Below, piece after piece: positions 20,139 to 29,932 of a stretch of 60,723 nucleotides of DNA. The notes beneath the pieces are model-generated. The model did no database searches and was not told the origin of the DNA. It saw only the letters and a list, made by a program, of their open reading frames with translations. Origin of the DNA: Candidatus Arcticimaribacter sp. (GTDB lineage: Bacteria; Bacteroidota; Bacteroidia; Flavobacteriales; Flavobacteriaceae). The DNA lies in contig JBDNAJ010000015.1 of the NCBI GenBank assembly GCA_039768455.1, forward strand, positions 1 through 60,723, read 5' to 3'. The stretch's first letter is position 1, and each line of letters opens with the position of its first letter. The position numbers and the translations under genes were made by a program.

Positions 20139-20897
20139 ATGAAAATTATTTCCTATAACGTTAACGGAATACGCGCTGCGCTTAAAAAAGATTTTGTTCA
20201 ATGGTTAAAAGTCGCTGATCCAGATGTGGTTTGCCTGCAAGAAACCAAAGCCATGCAAGAGCAAGTCGACATGACAGAAATTGAAGCCTTAGGCTATCAA
20301 CACTATTGGTTTTCTGCTCAGAAAAAAGGTTATAGCGGAGTCGCGATTTTAAGCAAAACAGTTCCTAATAACGTCACCTATGGTACCGGGATTGATCACA
20401 TGGATTTTGAAGGACGGGTAATAAGAGCAGACTTTGACACATGTTCTGTGATGAGTCTTTATCTCCCTTCTGGGACAAACACAGACCGTCTGGAATACAA
20501 GTTTAAATTCATGGACGACTTCAAGGAATACATCGATAGCTTAAAACAAGATTTTCCTCAACTTGTAATTTGCGGGGATTACAATATTTGCCACGAAGCA
20601 ATTGATATTCATGACCCAGTAAGGAATAAAAATGTCTCTGGTTTTTTACCACAAGAACGAGAATGGTTAGATCACTTTTTACAAAGCGGGTTTATTGATT
20701 CTTTTCGTCATTTAAATCCTGATCCTCATCATTACAGTTGGTGGAGTTATCGCGCCAATGCTCGCGCGAACAATAAAGGTTGGCGAATCGATTATGCATT
20801 GGTTAGTGCGCCTTTGAAAGAAAATATTTCCCGTTCATATATCTTACCAGAAGCCTATCATTCTGACCATTGCCCAGTTGTGGTTGAATTAAGTTAA
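20139..20897 (+). CDS. xth: Exodeoxyribonuclease III / AP endonuclease
   Basis: SYNVNGIRA, LQETK, GYSGV, GDYN, GWRIDY, SDHCP. Confidence 0.96.
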   Translation: MKIISYNVNGIRAALKKDFVQWLKVADPDVVCLQETKAMQEQVDMTEIEALGYQHYWFSAQKKGYSGVAILSKTVPNNVTYGTGIDHMDFEGRVIRADFDTCSVMSLYLPSGTNTDRLEYKFKFMDDFKEYIDSLKQDFPQLVICGDYNICHEAIDIHDPVRNKNVSGFLPQEREWLDHFLQSGFIDSFRHLNPDPHHYSWWSYRANARANNKGWRIDYALVSAPLKENISRSYILPEAYHSDHCPVVVELS

Positions 20898-20912
20898 ACC
20901 AAAATAATATAG

Positions 20913-21851
20913 ATGAAAAAATTCCTTCTTTTATTGATTTTGCCCTTATGCACAAGTTGCGTTTCTTCTAAAATCTTTAACGAAATAGAAAGTCGATATG
21001 CTACCCTAAAAGGGGAAAATGCAGCCTTAGAAACAGAGCATGACCAACTCATTAAAAACTATGATTCTTTACGTTATCACTATGGTGAATTAGTGGGGCA
21101 ATATGAAAAGCAAAGTCAAATGCTCGCCACGACTTCGGGTACCTTAGCGACCTTACAAGATGCGTATACCGCTTTAGAACAGAACAGCAATGAAGCATTG
21201 CAAGCGAGCATCGAAAAAAACCGCGGACTTTTAGAAGAAATTCAAATCAAAGAAGGGGAACTGTTGTCTGAAAGAACCCTATTAGATTCTTTGAGTAACG
21301 AATTGTCTTCGCGCATCGCCAGAGTAGAAGAGCTCGAAGGATTAATCGCTGATAAAGAGGCCTTGATGAGTGCCTTGAAGAATTCTTTAGCTGATGCTTT
21401 AGTCAGCTTTAAAGGCAATGGTCTTTCTGTAGAACAACGCGGGGGGAAGGTTTATGTTTCTATGGAAAATAAGTTGTTGTTCCAGTCGGGAAGTTGGTCT
21501 GTAGCAAGCACCGGGAAACAAGCCTTAAAGCAGTTAGGAAATGTCTTAGCGGCAAACCCAGAAATTGCTGTTTTGATTGAAGGACATACAGATTCTGATC
21601 CCTATATTGGCAATGATAACTTGAGCGGAAACTGGGACTTATCCACTAAAAGAGCCACAGAGATTGTCAAGTTATTATTAAAGAACAACAGCATTAAAGC
21701 CGAAAATTTAACCGCTGCAGGTAGAGGACAACATCAACCGTTGGCCACCAATAAAACGGCGACAGGAAAAGCAAAAAATAGACGAATAGAAGTGATTTTA
21801 ACCCCAAAATTGGATAAAATTGCTGCCTTACTTGAAGGTGTTGAAGACTAA
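20913..21851 (+). CDS. OmpA/MotB-domain coiled-coil lipoprotein
   Basis: Lipobox TSC, long coiled coil, IEGHTD, NWDLSTKRA, NRRIE. Confidence 0.9.
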   Translation: MKKFLLLLILPLCTSCVSSKIFNEIESRYATLKGENAALETEHDQLIKNYDSLRYHYGELVGQYEKQSQMLATTSGTLATLQDAYTALEQNSNEALQASIEKNRGLLEEIQIKEGELLSERTLLDSLSNELSSRIARVEELEGLIADKEALMSALKNSLADALVSFKGNGLSVEQRGGKVYVSMENKLLFQSGSWSVASTGKQALKQLGNVLAANPEIAVLIEGHTDSDPYIGNDNLSGNWDLSTKRATEIVKLLLKNNSIKAENLTAAGRGQHQPLATNKTATGKAKNRRIEVILTPKLDKIAALLEGVED

Positions 21852-21855
21852 ATAA

Positions 21856-22896
21856 ATGATGAAATATACCGTATTACCCTCAACAGATATTAAGGTCTCA
21901 AAGTTGTGTTTAGGAACGATGACCTTTGGGAATCAAAACACAGAAGCCGAAGGCCATGCCCAAATGGATCTTGCCCTTGAAAGGGGGATTAACTTTTTTG
22001 ATACCGCAGAATTATATCCCGTTCCTGCTACCGCAAAAACCTATGCCGATACTGAACGCATCATGGGGACATGGTTTAAAAAGACAGGAAATCGCGATAA
22101 AATTGTACTCGCCTCAAAGATTGTTGGAGGTGGCGCTTATACTGCTCATATCCGCGATCATGATATGTTTAGCCCAAAGCACATTCGCGAAGCGCTTGAG
22201 GGGAGTTTAAAGCGTTTAAACATTGATTATCTAGACTTGTATCAGTTGCACTGGCCAGAGAGAAAAACAAACTTTTTTAGCGTTCGAGGCTATAAAGGAC
22301 ATCCAGATAAAGATCCATGGGAAGATAATTTTGAAGCCATTCTAGCAACCCTTGCAGAACTAATTCAAGAAGGGAAAATCAAACATATTGGTTTGTCAAA
22401 TGAGACTCCCTGGGGCATACACCGCTGTTTGCAATTAGCCGAAAAAGGATACCCAAAAATGATTACGGTTCAAAACCCTTACAACTTACTCAATCGTTTG
22501 TTCGAGGTAGGCAATTCAGAAATGTGCATGCGAGAAGGAATGGGCTTGCTGGCTTATTCTCCGTTAGGCTTTGGTCGTTTAACTGGGAAGTACCGCAATG
22601 GGATGCCAGAAAACTCTCGCTTTAAACTCTTTCCTAATTTAGCCCGTTTTAATGGAGACAACAGTGTTTTAGCCACAGACGAATACTATAAAATCGCGCA
22701 AGAATTTAACCTTTCGCTTACGCAAATGGCTTTAGCTTTTGTCACTGATCGACCTTTTGTCACTTCAAATATTATCGGTGCGACCAACCTTGAGCAGCTA
22801 GAAGAAAATATCGCTTCCATCGATGTTGACCTTTCAAAAGAGGTGTTAAAAGCAATAGAGGCAGTACAAGAAAGGATTCCTAATCCAGCGCCATAG
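21856..22896 (+). CDS. NADP(H)-dependent aldo/keto reductase (Tas-like)
   Basis: LGTMTFG, DTAELY, LYQLHWP, IGLSNET, AYSPL. Confidence 0.92.
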   Translation: MMKYTVLPSTDIKVSKLCLGTMTFGNQNTEAEGHAQMDLALERGINFFDTAELYPVPATAKTYADTERIMGTWFKKTGNRDKIVLASKIVGGGAYTAHIRDHDMFSPKHIREALEGSLKRLNIDYLDLYQLHWPERKTNFFSVRGYKGHPDKDPWEDNFEAILATLAELIQEGKIKHIGLSNETPWGIHRCLQLAEKGYPKMITVQNPYNLLNRLFEVGNSEMCMREGMGLLAYSPLGFGRLTGKYRNGMPENSRFKLFPNLARFNGDNSVLATDEYYKIAQEFNLSLTQMALAFVTDRPFVTSNIIGATNLEQLEENIASIDVDLSKEVLKAIEAVQERIPNPAP

Positions 22897-22958
22897 GGAA
22901 GGATTACTCAAGACTTACGTCAAAAGATTTGTATAGAATAATAGAATTGGCTTATCTA

Positions 22959-24641
22959 TTATAAAATTGCGGCTAAAAGCGCTTTAGAAAATTCTGTTTG
23001 CGGATTGTGATACAGTACGTCGGCTTCGTTTTCTTCAACAATAGAGCCTTGATGCATCACTATAATGCGATCTGCCATGTGTTTGACGACATTTAAATCG
23101 TGGGAGACAAAAAGGTAAGAAAGCTTCAGTTCTTTTTTGAGGTGATTTAACAAATTCAACACTTGTGCTTGCACAGAAATATCGAGTGCTGCGACGCTTT
23201 CGTCACACAATAATACCTTTGGTTCAACCGCCAGTGCTCTTGCAATCACGACGCGTTGTCGCTGCCCTCCAGAAAGTTGATGCGGGTAACGATTACTAAA
23301 ATCAGGGGAGAGGCCTACCTGTGTTAAAAGGGCTGTAATTCTTTCGCTTCGCTCCAAAGAATCAAAGCTAGTATGTACCACTAATACTTCGTCAATCGCT
23401 GCAGCAATCGTCTTTAATGGATGAAGCGCTGCATAAGGATCCTGAAAAATAAACTGTATGTCTTTGCGCAGTTGTTTAATCTGTTGAGACTGTTCCCTTT
23501 TAATCAATCCTCCTTTCCAATAAACTTCTCCACGGTTCGCAGGATCGAGAAAGACAAGGGCTTTAGCTAAGGTAGATTTCCCACAACCAGACGCACCGAC
23601 TAAACCTAAGGTCTCCCCGGGATAAAGGTCAAAGCTAATATCTTTAAGCGCTAGTGTTGGGCTTTGTTGCTTACCTAGTAAAGAGGGGTTTAAATAGCTT
23701 TTTTCTAGTTGTTTTGCACTTAATAAAGGAGCTTGTTTGTACAGTTTTTTGTGCTGTTGTTCTCTTTCTTTTTGGGCAACAATTTGCGGTTGAAAATCTC
23801 CATGAGAAAAATCACTTAAAGTGGGCAATTCTCGCAGGCGTTGATCTTTTGGGGGTCGGGCATTGAGTAGCCCTTTTGTATAGGGGTGCTGGGGATTTTG
23901 AAAGAGCGTTTTTGTAGGAGCTTGTTCTACGATTTTTCCGGCTTGCATCACAGCGATACGATCAGCTAGATTCGCGACAAGAGACAAATCGTGTGAGATA
24001 AATAAAACACTCATTTGGTATTGGTCTTGTAGGGATTTGATCAATTCAATGATTTCTTTTTGGACTAGGACGTCTAATGCGGTTGTAGGTTCGTCTGCAA
24101 TCAAAAGTTTTGGCGCGCAAAATAGCGCCATGGCAATCATGATGCGTTGCTTTTGCCCCCCGCTCAATTGATGTGGGTAAGCCCCATAAATACGTTCAGG
24201 ATCGGGTAATTGTACATGGGTAAGTGCTTCAATAACTTTGGCCCTAAGGGCCTGCTTAGAAAGATCATTAGACAGATGTTGCCGCCCCAGTTCTTCAATT
24301 TGTTCACCGCAGCGCATCGATGGATTAAGCGAAGATTGCGGCTCTTGAAAAACCATCCCTAATTCGTTTCCGCGAAGTTTTTCCCATTCTTTTGTGGTCA
24401 GGTCAAGTAAATTGTTGTTGTCAAAATGGATAGTACCACTTTCAATCTGGGTTTGTTTTTTGGGCAATAACCCCATCACAGCTTGAGCGGTGACAGATTT
24501 CCCACTACCAGATTCCCCTACTAGAGCGACAATTTCGTTGGTTTTAACGTTTAAATTGATGTCCGTTAGAATGCGATTCCCGCCGATAGAAAGGGATAAG
24601 TTATCAATGGATAAAAGTGCTGCATCTATTCGCTTAGCCAT
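22959..24641 (-). CDS. ABC transporter ATP-binding protein with two ATPase domains (peptide-transporter type)
   Basis: Walker A GESGSGKS and GASGCGKS, two YPHQLSGGQ signatures. Confidence 0.93.
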   Translation of the reverse strand: MAKRIDAALLSIDNLSLSIGGNRILTDINLNVKTNEIVALVGESGSGKSVTAQAVMGLLPKKQTQIESGTIHFDNNNLLDLTTKEWEKLRGNELGMVFQEPQSSLNPSMRCGEQIEELGRQHLSNDLSKQALRAKVIEALTHVQLPDPERIYGAYPHQLSGGQKQRIMIAMALFCAPKLLIADEPTTALDVLVQKEIIELIKSLQDQYQMSVLFISHDLSLVANLADRIAVMQAGKIVEQAPTKTLFQNPQHPYTKGLLNARPPKDQRLRELPTLSDFSHGDFQPQIVAQKEREQQHKKLYKQAPLLSAKQLEKSYLNPSLLGKQQSPTLALKDISFDLYPGETLGLVGASGCGKSTLAKALVFLDPANRGEVYWKGGLIKREQSQQIKQLRKDIQFIFQDPYAALHPLKTIAAAIDEVLVVHTSFDSLERSERITALLTQVGLSPDFSNRYPHQLSGGQRQRVVIARALAVEPKVLLCDESVAALDISVQAQVLNLLNHLKKELKLSYLFVSHDLNVVKHMADRIIVMHQGSIVEENEADVLYHNPQTEFSKALLAAIL

Positions 24642-25348
24642 ACAATTTGGTTTTCCTCCAATAAGGGTTTATTCAAGAAAGTTAAAAATACTTGGGCTAA
24701 AGTTAAGACGTCTTTTTCGCAATAGCGCACAATGCGATCGAGGTTTTTTTCTTGATAATAAACGCGAGCAACATCACTGCCATCGATATCATCTTTAGGT
24801 GTTGGGATTCCAAAAATTTCAGCTAATAAAGCTAAAGAGGTGTAGTGCTTGTAGTCCCCAAACTTCCATAATTGGAGGGTATCGAGATGTTGTACTTCCC
24901 AAGGCTTTTTCCCAAAGAGGTTGAGGATTTTAGGCAGATTTATCCTGTGAATTACCATGCGTCTTGCGATATAGGGAAAATCAAATTCTTTCCCGTTGTG
25001 GGCGCAAAGCAAGTGAGATTTTAAATAAAAGTGTTCGTCGCAAAGTTGCTTAAACTGTAAGAGAATATTTTCTTCCTCGCCAGCAAAACTTTTAATTCTA
25101 AGTTGATTGCTGTTAGGAGCATTTGTGTCAAAAAAGCCTACAGAGATGCATACAATTTTCCCAAATTCTGCCCATATGCCTGCTCTTTCATAAAACGTTT
25201 CAGGACTTTGATCCCCTTTGCGCTGATAGGCTGTTTTTTGTTCCCACAAGGCTTGCCTTTCAGGCGACAATCCATCGTGTTTTTGTTCTTCTGGGACGGT
25301 CTCGATGTCCAGGAATAAGATTTTTGCTAAATCAAGGTTGCGTAACAT
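24626..25348 (-). CDS. Stand-alone PolB-like 3'-5' exonuclease
   Basis: DEDDy motifs LDIET, HNGKEFD, YCEKD. Confidence 0.88.
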   Translation of the reverse strand: MLRNLDLAKILFLDIETVPEEQKHDGLSPERQALWEQKTAYQRKGDQSPETFYERAGIWAEFGKIVCISVGFFDTNAPNSNQLRIKSFAGEEENILLQFKQLCDEHFYLKSHLLCAHNGKEFDFPYIARRMVIHRINLPKILNLFGKKPWEVQHLDTLQLWKFGDYKHYTSLALLAEIFGIPTPKDDIDGSDVARVYYQEKNLDRIVRYCEKDVLTLAQVFLTFLNKPLLEENQIVWLSE

Positions 25349-26486
25349 TTGCTATCATTTCAAAACCTTCTTGTATATAGTCGTGGAAGCTTTGTGGCCC
25401 AAAACGGTCTTTCTTTGGTCCTTTTTGACGTCCCAAACGAACAATGATCAAATCACTTTCTGGGAAGACGATAATATACTGCCCCAAGTGACCACGCATC
25501 GCATAACCGTTTTCTCCCTTGTATTGAGCTAGCCACCAGCCATATCCATATTCTGGGCTGTCTTCAAATCGCGGTTGGGTACTTTTTGCAATAAAGGCAG
25601 AGTCGAGTAATTGTTTGCCATTCCACTTTCCGTGGTCTTTATATAATTTCCCCATGCGGGCAAAATCTTTTGCATTTGTCGCAAAGCAACAATAGGCCTT
25701 TTCCATGCCATTTTCTTTGCTGTCTATTTGCCATAAAGCATCTTCCATGGCACCCATAGGTTGCCAAAAGTTTTCAGAAAAATAACTGCTTAAAGATTGT
25801 CCCACGGCCTTTTTAATGACCATCCCTAAGAGTTGTGTGGCGCCACTGTAATAGACAAAGCCTTCTCCTGGGGGAGTTACAATTTTTCGATTTAGCATTA
25901 GCTTATCTAAATTTGGCGTGATATACGCCTCCATCATTCCATTGATAGAAAGGTCGTATTTCTCGTTCCAGTCTAGTCCAGTTGCCATAGAAGACAAATC
26001 GCCCACGGTTAAGTCTGCGGCTAAACCTTCGCTAAATTCGGGATAAAAGTCGCCCACTTTTTGATCTAAACTTTCGATATGCCCTTGATCAATGGCCTTT
26101 CCTAACATGGCTGAAACAAAGCTTTTTGCAACAGAAAACGAATTGCTCTTTGAAATATCAGAATAATCTTGATAATAAGATTCGTGTAACAAGCTGTCTT
26201 TGTGAATCACCAAAAAAGCAACCGATTCATACTTCTTATGCACCTCAGCGATTTTATCCGATAAAGGGATACTGTTGTACTGTGCGTGTTTAGGCCATTC
26301 TTCAGGGCTATTTGACGCTTTTACTACTGCATTATCAAAGTGTTGATAATCCTCTAAAAAGGCCGTATCCCGACCTGTTTTAATGGCTTGCTTTGCTGCA
26401 ATAAAGATGAAATTGTAAGGGCTAATGTAAAGTACAAGTAGAAAGAGGAGGATAGCTCCTAAAGTGTAACGCAAAAATTGTTTCAT
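25332..26486 (-). CDS. Serine hydrolase, beta-lactamase-related family
   Basis: SFSVAKS (SxxK), FVYYSG, DFARMG, GHLGQ; N-terminal anchor. Confidence 0.88.
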   Translation of the reverse strand: MKQFLRYTLGAILLFLLVLYISPYNFIFIAAKQAIKTGRDTAFLEDYQHFDNAVVKASNSPEEWPKHAQYNSIPLSDKIAEVHKKYESVAFLVIHKDSLLHESYYQDYSDISKSNSFSVAKSFVSAMLGKAIDQGHIESLDQKVGDFYPEFSEGLAADLTVGDLSSMATGLDWNEKYDLSINGMMEAYITPNLDKLMLNRKIVTPPGEGFVYYSGATQLLGMVIKKAVGQSLSSYFSENFWQPMGAMEDALWQIDSKENGMEKAYCCFATNAKDFARMGKLYKDHGKWNGKQLLDSAFIAKSTQPRFEDSPEYGYGWWLAQYKGENGYAMRGHLGQYIIVFPESDLIIVRLGRQKGPKKDRFGPQSFHDYIQEGFEMIANVTQP

Positions 26487-26510
26487 AGTAATACCGTTTT
26501 TAACGGCGCA

Positions 26511-26984
26511 TTAAATTAATCTCTTTTGGACAGGGAAGCCTTCGGTTTCAAGTAAGGTCTCTTTTCTGTCTAATCCCCCAGAATAACCCACCAGTGTACC
26601 ATCACTGCCGATCACTCTATGGCATGGAATAGCCACTAAGATAGGATTTTTTCCTATAGCCGCAGCGACAGCTCGAACAGCCTTTGTATTCCCATAAAGG
26701 CGCGATAATGTTAAGTAAGAAATTGTACTACCAAAGGGAAGTTCCTTTAATAAATTCCAGATGGCCTTTTGGAAATCTGTCCCCTGAGGATTCATTTTAA
26801 AATTAAACATATGAAGATTGCCAGCAAAGTATTGCTGAAGCTGTTCCACACAGGGAACTAAACTTATGGGTACAGTATTTTCCATTTCAAGGGCACTTTC
26901 TTCAAAAAGCACTTCTTGAACTCCCGCGACATCACCTCTTACCTTAATTGTACCCAATGGACTATCAAAGTAATGTATATCCAA
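26511..26984 (-). CDS. ogt: Methylated-DNA--protein-cysteine methyltransferase
   Basis: GTDFQ, RAVAAA, IPCHRV, GYSGG. Start uncertain (TTG 26984 or 27020). Confidence 0.92.
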   Translation of the reverse strand: MDIHYFDSPLGTIKVRGDVAGVQEVLFEESALEMENTVPISLVPCVEQLQQYFAGNLHMFNFKMNPQGTDFQKAIWNLLKELPFGSTISYLTLSRLYGNTKAVRAVAAAIGKNPILVAIPCHRVIGSDGTLVGYSGGLDRKETLLETEGFPVQKRLI

Positions 26985-27092
26985 GACGGTGTTATTAATA
27001 TAGAATATAAAGGTAGACAAAATAAAGTTGTAATGAGGATAATTAAATTTAAATCAATGAAATACAACTAATTCGTTTTATTGAAAAGCGTG

Positions 27093-27941
27093 CTATGGTT
27101 GATAAGAAATTCCGGTCGAAAAGGCGGGAGCTCTGTATAATACTCGACCGCTGAGGGGATAAGAACCACTAAGTCCCCAACTCAATTTTGGACTTAATTG
27201 ATAGATCAACTCACCTCCTAGATTGACCACCTCGACATTGTTCGCGAAAATACTTCCATTGCTGTTTGATGCGTCTAGGCTACCATTGTGAAAAGACTGT
27301 ATGGTGTTACTTCTTAATAGAAGTAAAATTTTCTCTTTAAAAACTTTGGTTCCTGTTTCAATATTTGCGTGAAATTCATCTGAAAAGCCATTTGAACGTT
27401 GATTGACGCCCACACTTGCTTTGGCATAAAAATGCTGTGCTCCTAATTGATAAGATTTCCCGGTGTGAAAACGCAACAGCTGATTAAATTCTCCATCTCC
27501 TGTTTGATAGCTCCCATCACTCCCGCCGCGATTTTTCCCGCTGGGTAAACCTAAACTAAGGGAGATGGAATGGGCCCAGCCTTTATTTTTAGCTACCTGA
27601 TATTCCACTCCCAGATTAATGTCTCCTATGCTTGAATATTCTTCACCAGGGACAGTAGGATTTCCAGAACTGAATACTTGATTGTTTTGATAAACCCTGG
27701 TATGGGGGATATAACCGATTAAAGTAATTTTATCGTTGAGGCCATAACGGCCGAAGAAACTAGTGATAAATAAGCCCCTTGTTGCGTTAGGATCAACGAG
27801 TCCGGTATTCGTATAGTGTTCATCTGCTTCTAGCCACCACACTCCTATTTTATAATAGCCTTTTCCTTTTTCTTGTGTCCATTGTGCTTGTAGATTCATC
27901 CCGAATAAGCAAGCATAAAGTAGTATTAACTTTTTCATCAA
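27093..27941 (-). CDS. Hypothetical outer-membrane beta-barrel-like protein
   Basis: Signal peptide ending LQAQ; alternating aromatic/Gly strands (GRYGL, LGVEYQ, TGISYQP). Start overlaps the stop of the upstream lipoprotein gene. Confidence 0.65.
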   Translation of the reverse strand: MMKKLILLYACLFGMNLQAQWTQEKGKGYYKIGVWWLEADEHYTNTGLVDPNATRGLFITSFFGRYGLNDKITLIGYIPHTRVYQNNQVFSSGNPTVPGEEYSSIGDINLGVEYQVAKNKGWAHSISLSLGLPSGKNRGGSDGSYQTGDGEFNQLLRFHTGKSYQLGAQHFYAKASVGVNQRSNGFSDEFHANIETGTKVFKEKILLLLRSNTIQSFHNGSLDASNSNGSIFANNVEVVNLGGELIYQLSPKLSWGLSGSYPLSGRVLYRAPAFSTGISYQP

Positions 27942-28900
27942 TCAAAAATTTGTGCGTCGCCTACTTTTACCCGAAAAGGTCTACACCAGTAGAGAAGGTA
28001 TTTATAATCCATCAACCCAATCGAAGCGGGTAGAGTATAGCTGTGTGCTCCTGAAAAAACAGTTACTAAACTTACTTCATAGCCGTCCTCTGGCGAATTA
28101 GGGTTGTTTGTTAAATATAGGTATAGCATTGGGAGAGAAGAAGACGCGCGATAGCTGTCATCTATGCTAAGGATGAGTTGCGTTCCGTTGTGCTCTAGGC
28201 GGAAGTTTCCTTCAAGGGCATAACTAGAGGTTGTTCGAATTTGTCCCTCAAAAAACTGGGGGGCTACGACAATTCCATCATCTGTACCGCCATTAGTGTT
28301 ATCCTCATCGCCATTGTTGTCTTCGTTATCTGTATTTGTCGATGTGGTTGTGTCTGTTGTTGAACTGGTTGTATCAGAGGTACTCGTTGAACTATCCGAA
28401 GTAGCTGTTGAGGTATCTGAAGTTGAAGTCGCCGTATCTGACGTACTTGTAGTGGTATCTGTTGTTGCAGTTGAGGTGTCAGAGGTAGAGGTCGATGTGT
28501 CTGTCGTACTAGTTGTTGTATCTGTGGTTTCAGTTGAAATCTCTGTTACCACTTTGGGACTAATCGTAAAAGATAAAGTAGCTTCAATGGGGTTTCCTTG
28601 TAAACCCACGGTCTTAACGCTAAGCATTACATTTCCTGCTTTTAGGGCTTTAAGGGTTCCATCGGGTTGGATTTCTACCGCGCTAGGAGGAACTGCTGAC
28701 CATTCAAGACTAGGTTGGTCCACCTTTCTCCCCGATTCATCAAAAAACTGAGCTTCGAATTGATAACTCAAGCCTTCTCTTATGCTAATAATAGCGTTAG
28801 TGATTCTTAAATTAGGATCAACATAGTCGTCTACAAAGTCTTCTCCAATACAGGCGAGAAATAGCAAACAACAGGTCCAAATGATTAAAGGGCGTTTCAT
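27938..28900 (-). CDS. Lipoprotein: Ig-like domain, Thr/Ser/Asp stalk, DM13-like domain
   Basis: Lipobox FLAC; W-S...GTLKALKAG Big_2-like segment; C-terminal P.LYLYL...YTLP...YKYLLYWC..F.V..G.A pattern typical of DM13. Confidence 0.75.
   Translation of the reverse strand: MKRPLIIWTCCLLFLACIGEDFVDDYVDPNLRITNAIISIREGLSYQFEAQFFDESGRKVDQPSLEWSAVPPSAVEIQPDGTLKALKAGNVMLSVKTVGLQGNPIEATLSFTISPKVVTEISTETTDTTTSTTDTSTSTSDTSTATTDTTTSTSDTATSTSDTSTATSDSSTSTSDTTSSTTDTTTSTNTDNEDNNGDEDNTNGGTDDGIVVAPQFFEGQIRTTSSYALEGNFRLEHNGTQLILSIDDSYRASSSLPMLYLYLTNNPNSPEDGYEVSLVTVFSGAHSYTLPASIGLMDYKYLLYWCRPFRVKVGDAQIFD
28340..28528 (-). repeat. Nine in-frame 21-nt (heptapeptide) tandem repeats
   Basis: TTDTTTS TTDTSTS TSDTSTA TTDTTTS TSDTATS TSDTSTA TSDSSTS TSDTTSS TTDTTTS. 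Confidence 0.92.
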
Positions 28901-28950
28901 GGATAATTGTTTTTGTTATCCAGAAACCGCAAAAACAGTGCCTTTTTAAT

Positions 28951-29928
28951 TTAAGCGCCTAAAATACGTGCTGCGTCTTTTGCGGTATAAGTGGCTATCA
29001 ATGAAGCTCCAGCACGTTTAAACGCAATGAGTTGCTCATAAACGATGGCGTCATAATCGATCCAGCCTTTTGCGGCAGCAGCTTTTAACATCGCATATTC
29101 TCCACTCACTTGATAGGCCGCAATGGGGGTTTCAATCTGTTCGGCGAGGTCTCGAATGATGTCTAAATAGGCAATCCCAGGTTTTACCATCACGATATCT
29201 GCGCCTTCTTCGATGTCGAGTAAGGTTTCACTTATGGCTTCTTTGCGGTTGTGAAAATCCATTTGATAGGTTTTTTTATCCCCAAAACCTGGGGCCGAGT
29301 CTAAGGCATCGCGAAAAGGCCCATAAAAAGAAGAGGCATATTTCGCGCTATAACTCATGATCCCAGTATGATGAAAGCCTTCTGCTTCTAGCAGTTCTCT
29401 AATCTGTTCTACCCGACCGTCCATCATATCGCTAGGCGCGACAAAATCAGCTCCTGCTTGGGCGTGTGATAAGGCCATTCTGGCCAAAACTTCTTTGGTG
29501 GGATCATTGAGAATGATGCCCTCTTCTACAATCCCGTCATGTCCATAAGAAGAATAAGGGTCTAGTGCAACATCGGTCATGACCAGCATCTCAGGGCAGG
29601 CTTTTTTTACAGTTTGTATGGCAAGCTGCATCAGGCCTTTTGGATTTAAAGCTTCGGTACCTTTGTTGTCTTTTAAGAGATCAGGCACTTTTACAAAAAG
29701 CAATACACTCTTTAAGCCTAAATCCCATAGGGATTTCACTTCCTCAATGACTAAATCTAAACTCATGCGATAATAATCTGGCATAGAGGGGATTTCTTCT
29801 TTGATGTTGCTTCCCTCGACTACAAATAAGGGGACAATAAAATCGTCTACATTAAGGCTTTGTTCGCGTATTAGGCTCCTAACAGCAGCACTGGTTCTTA
29901 ATCTTCTATTGCGTTTTAACGGATACAT
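28951..29928 (-). CDS. hemB: Porphobilinogen synthase (ALA dehydratase)
   Basis: DVALDPYSSYGHDG, APSDMMDGR, SSFYGPFRDA, MVKPG, YQVSGEY. Confidence 0.97.
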   Translation of the reverse strand: MYPLKRNRRLRTSAAVRSLIREQSLNVDDFIVPLFVVEGSNIKEEIPSMPDYYRMSLDLVIEEVKSLWDLGLKSVLLFVKVPDLLKDNKGTEALNPKGLMQLAIQTVKKACPEMLVMTDVALDPYSSYGHDGIVEEGIILNDPTKEVLARMALSHAQAGADFVAPSDMMDGRVEQIRELLEAEGFHHTGIMSYSAKYASSFYGPFRDALDSAPGFGDKKTYQMDFHNRKEAISETLLDIEEGADIVMVKPGIAYLDIIRDLAEQIETPIAAYQVSGEYAMLKAAAAKGWIDYDAIVYEQLIAFKRAGASLIATYTAKDAARILGA

Positions 29929-29932
29929 GTCT

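Noticed and set aside
20913-21851. MotB as evidence of a flagellar motor
   Set aside because: Lipoprotein with an OmpA-like peptidoglycan-binding domain; no motA or flagellar genes nearby.
22959-24641. Orphan ABC ATPase as part of a novel operon with the exonuclease, hydrolase and ogt
   Set aside because: No functional coherence evident; scattered ABC components and mixed operons are common in compact flavobacterial genomes.
25332-26486. Beta-lactamase resistance gene
   Set aside because: Only SxxK is canonical; the other motifs (YYS, GHLGQ) fit esterase/amidase-type serine hydrolases.
28340-28528. Repeat considered as a CRISPR array or an ice-binding repeat
   Set aside because: No spacers or cas genes; units are in-frame and degenerate. 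The heptad period does not match the ice-nucleation repeats I know.
28296-28751. 151-aa Val/Ser/Glu-rich ORF on the plus strand
   Set aside because: Antisense shadow of the Thr/Ser/Asp repeat; such codons lack stops on the opposite strand.
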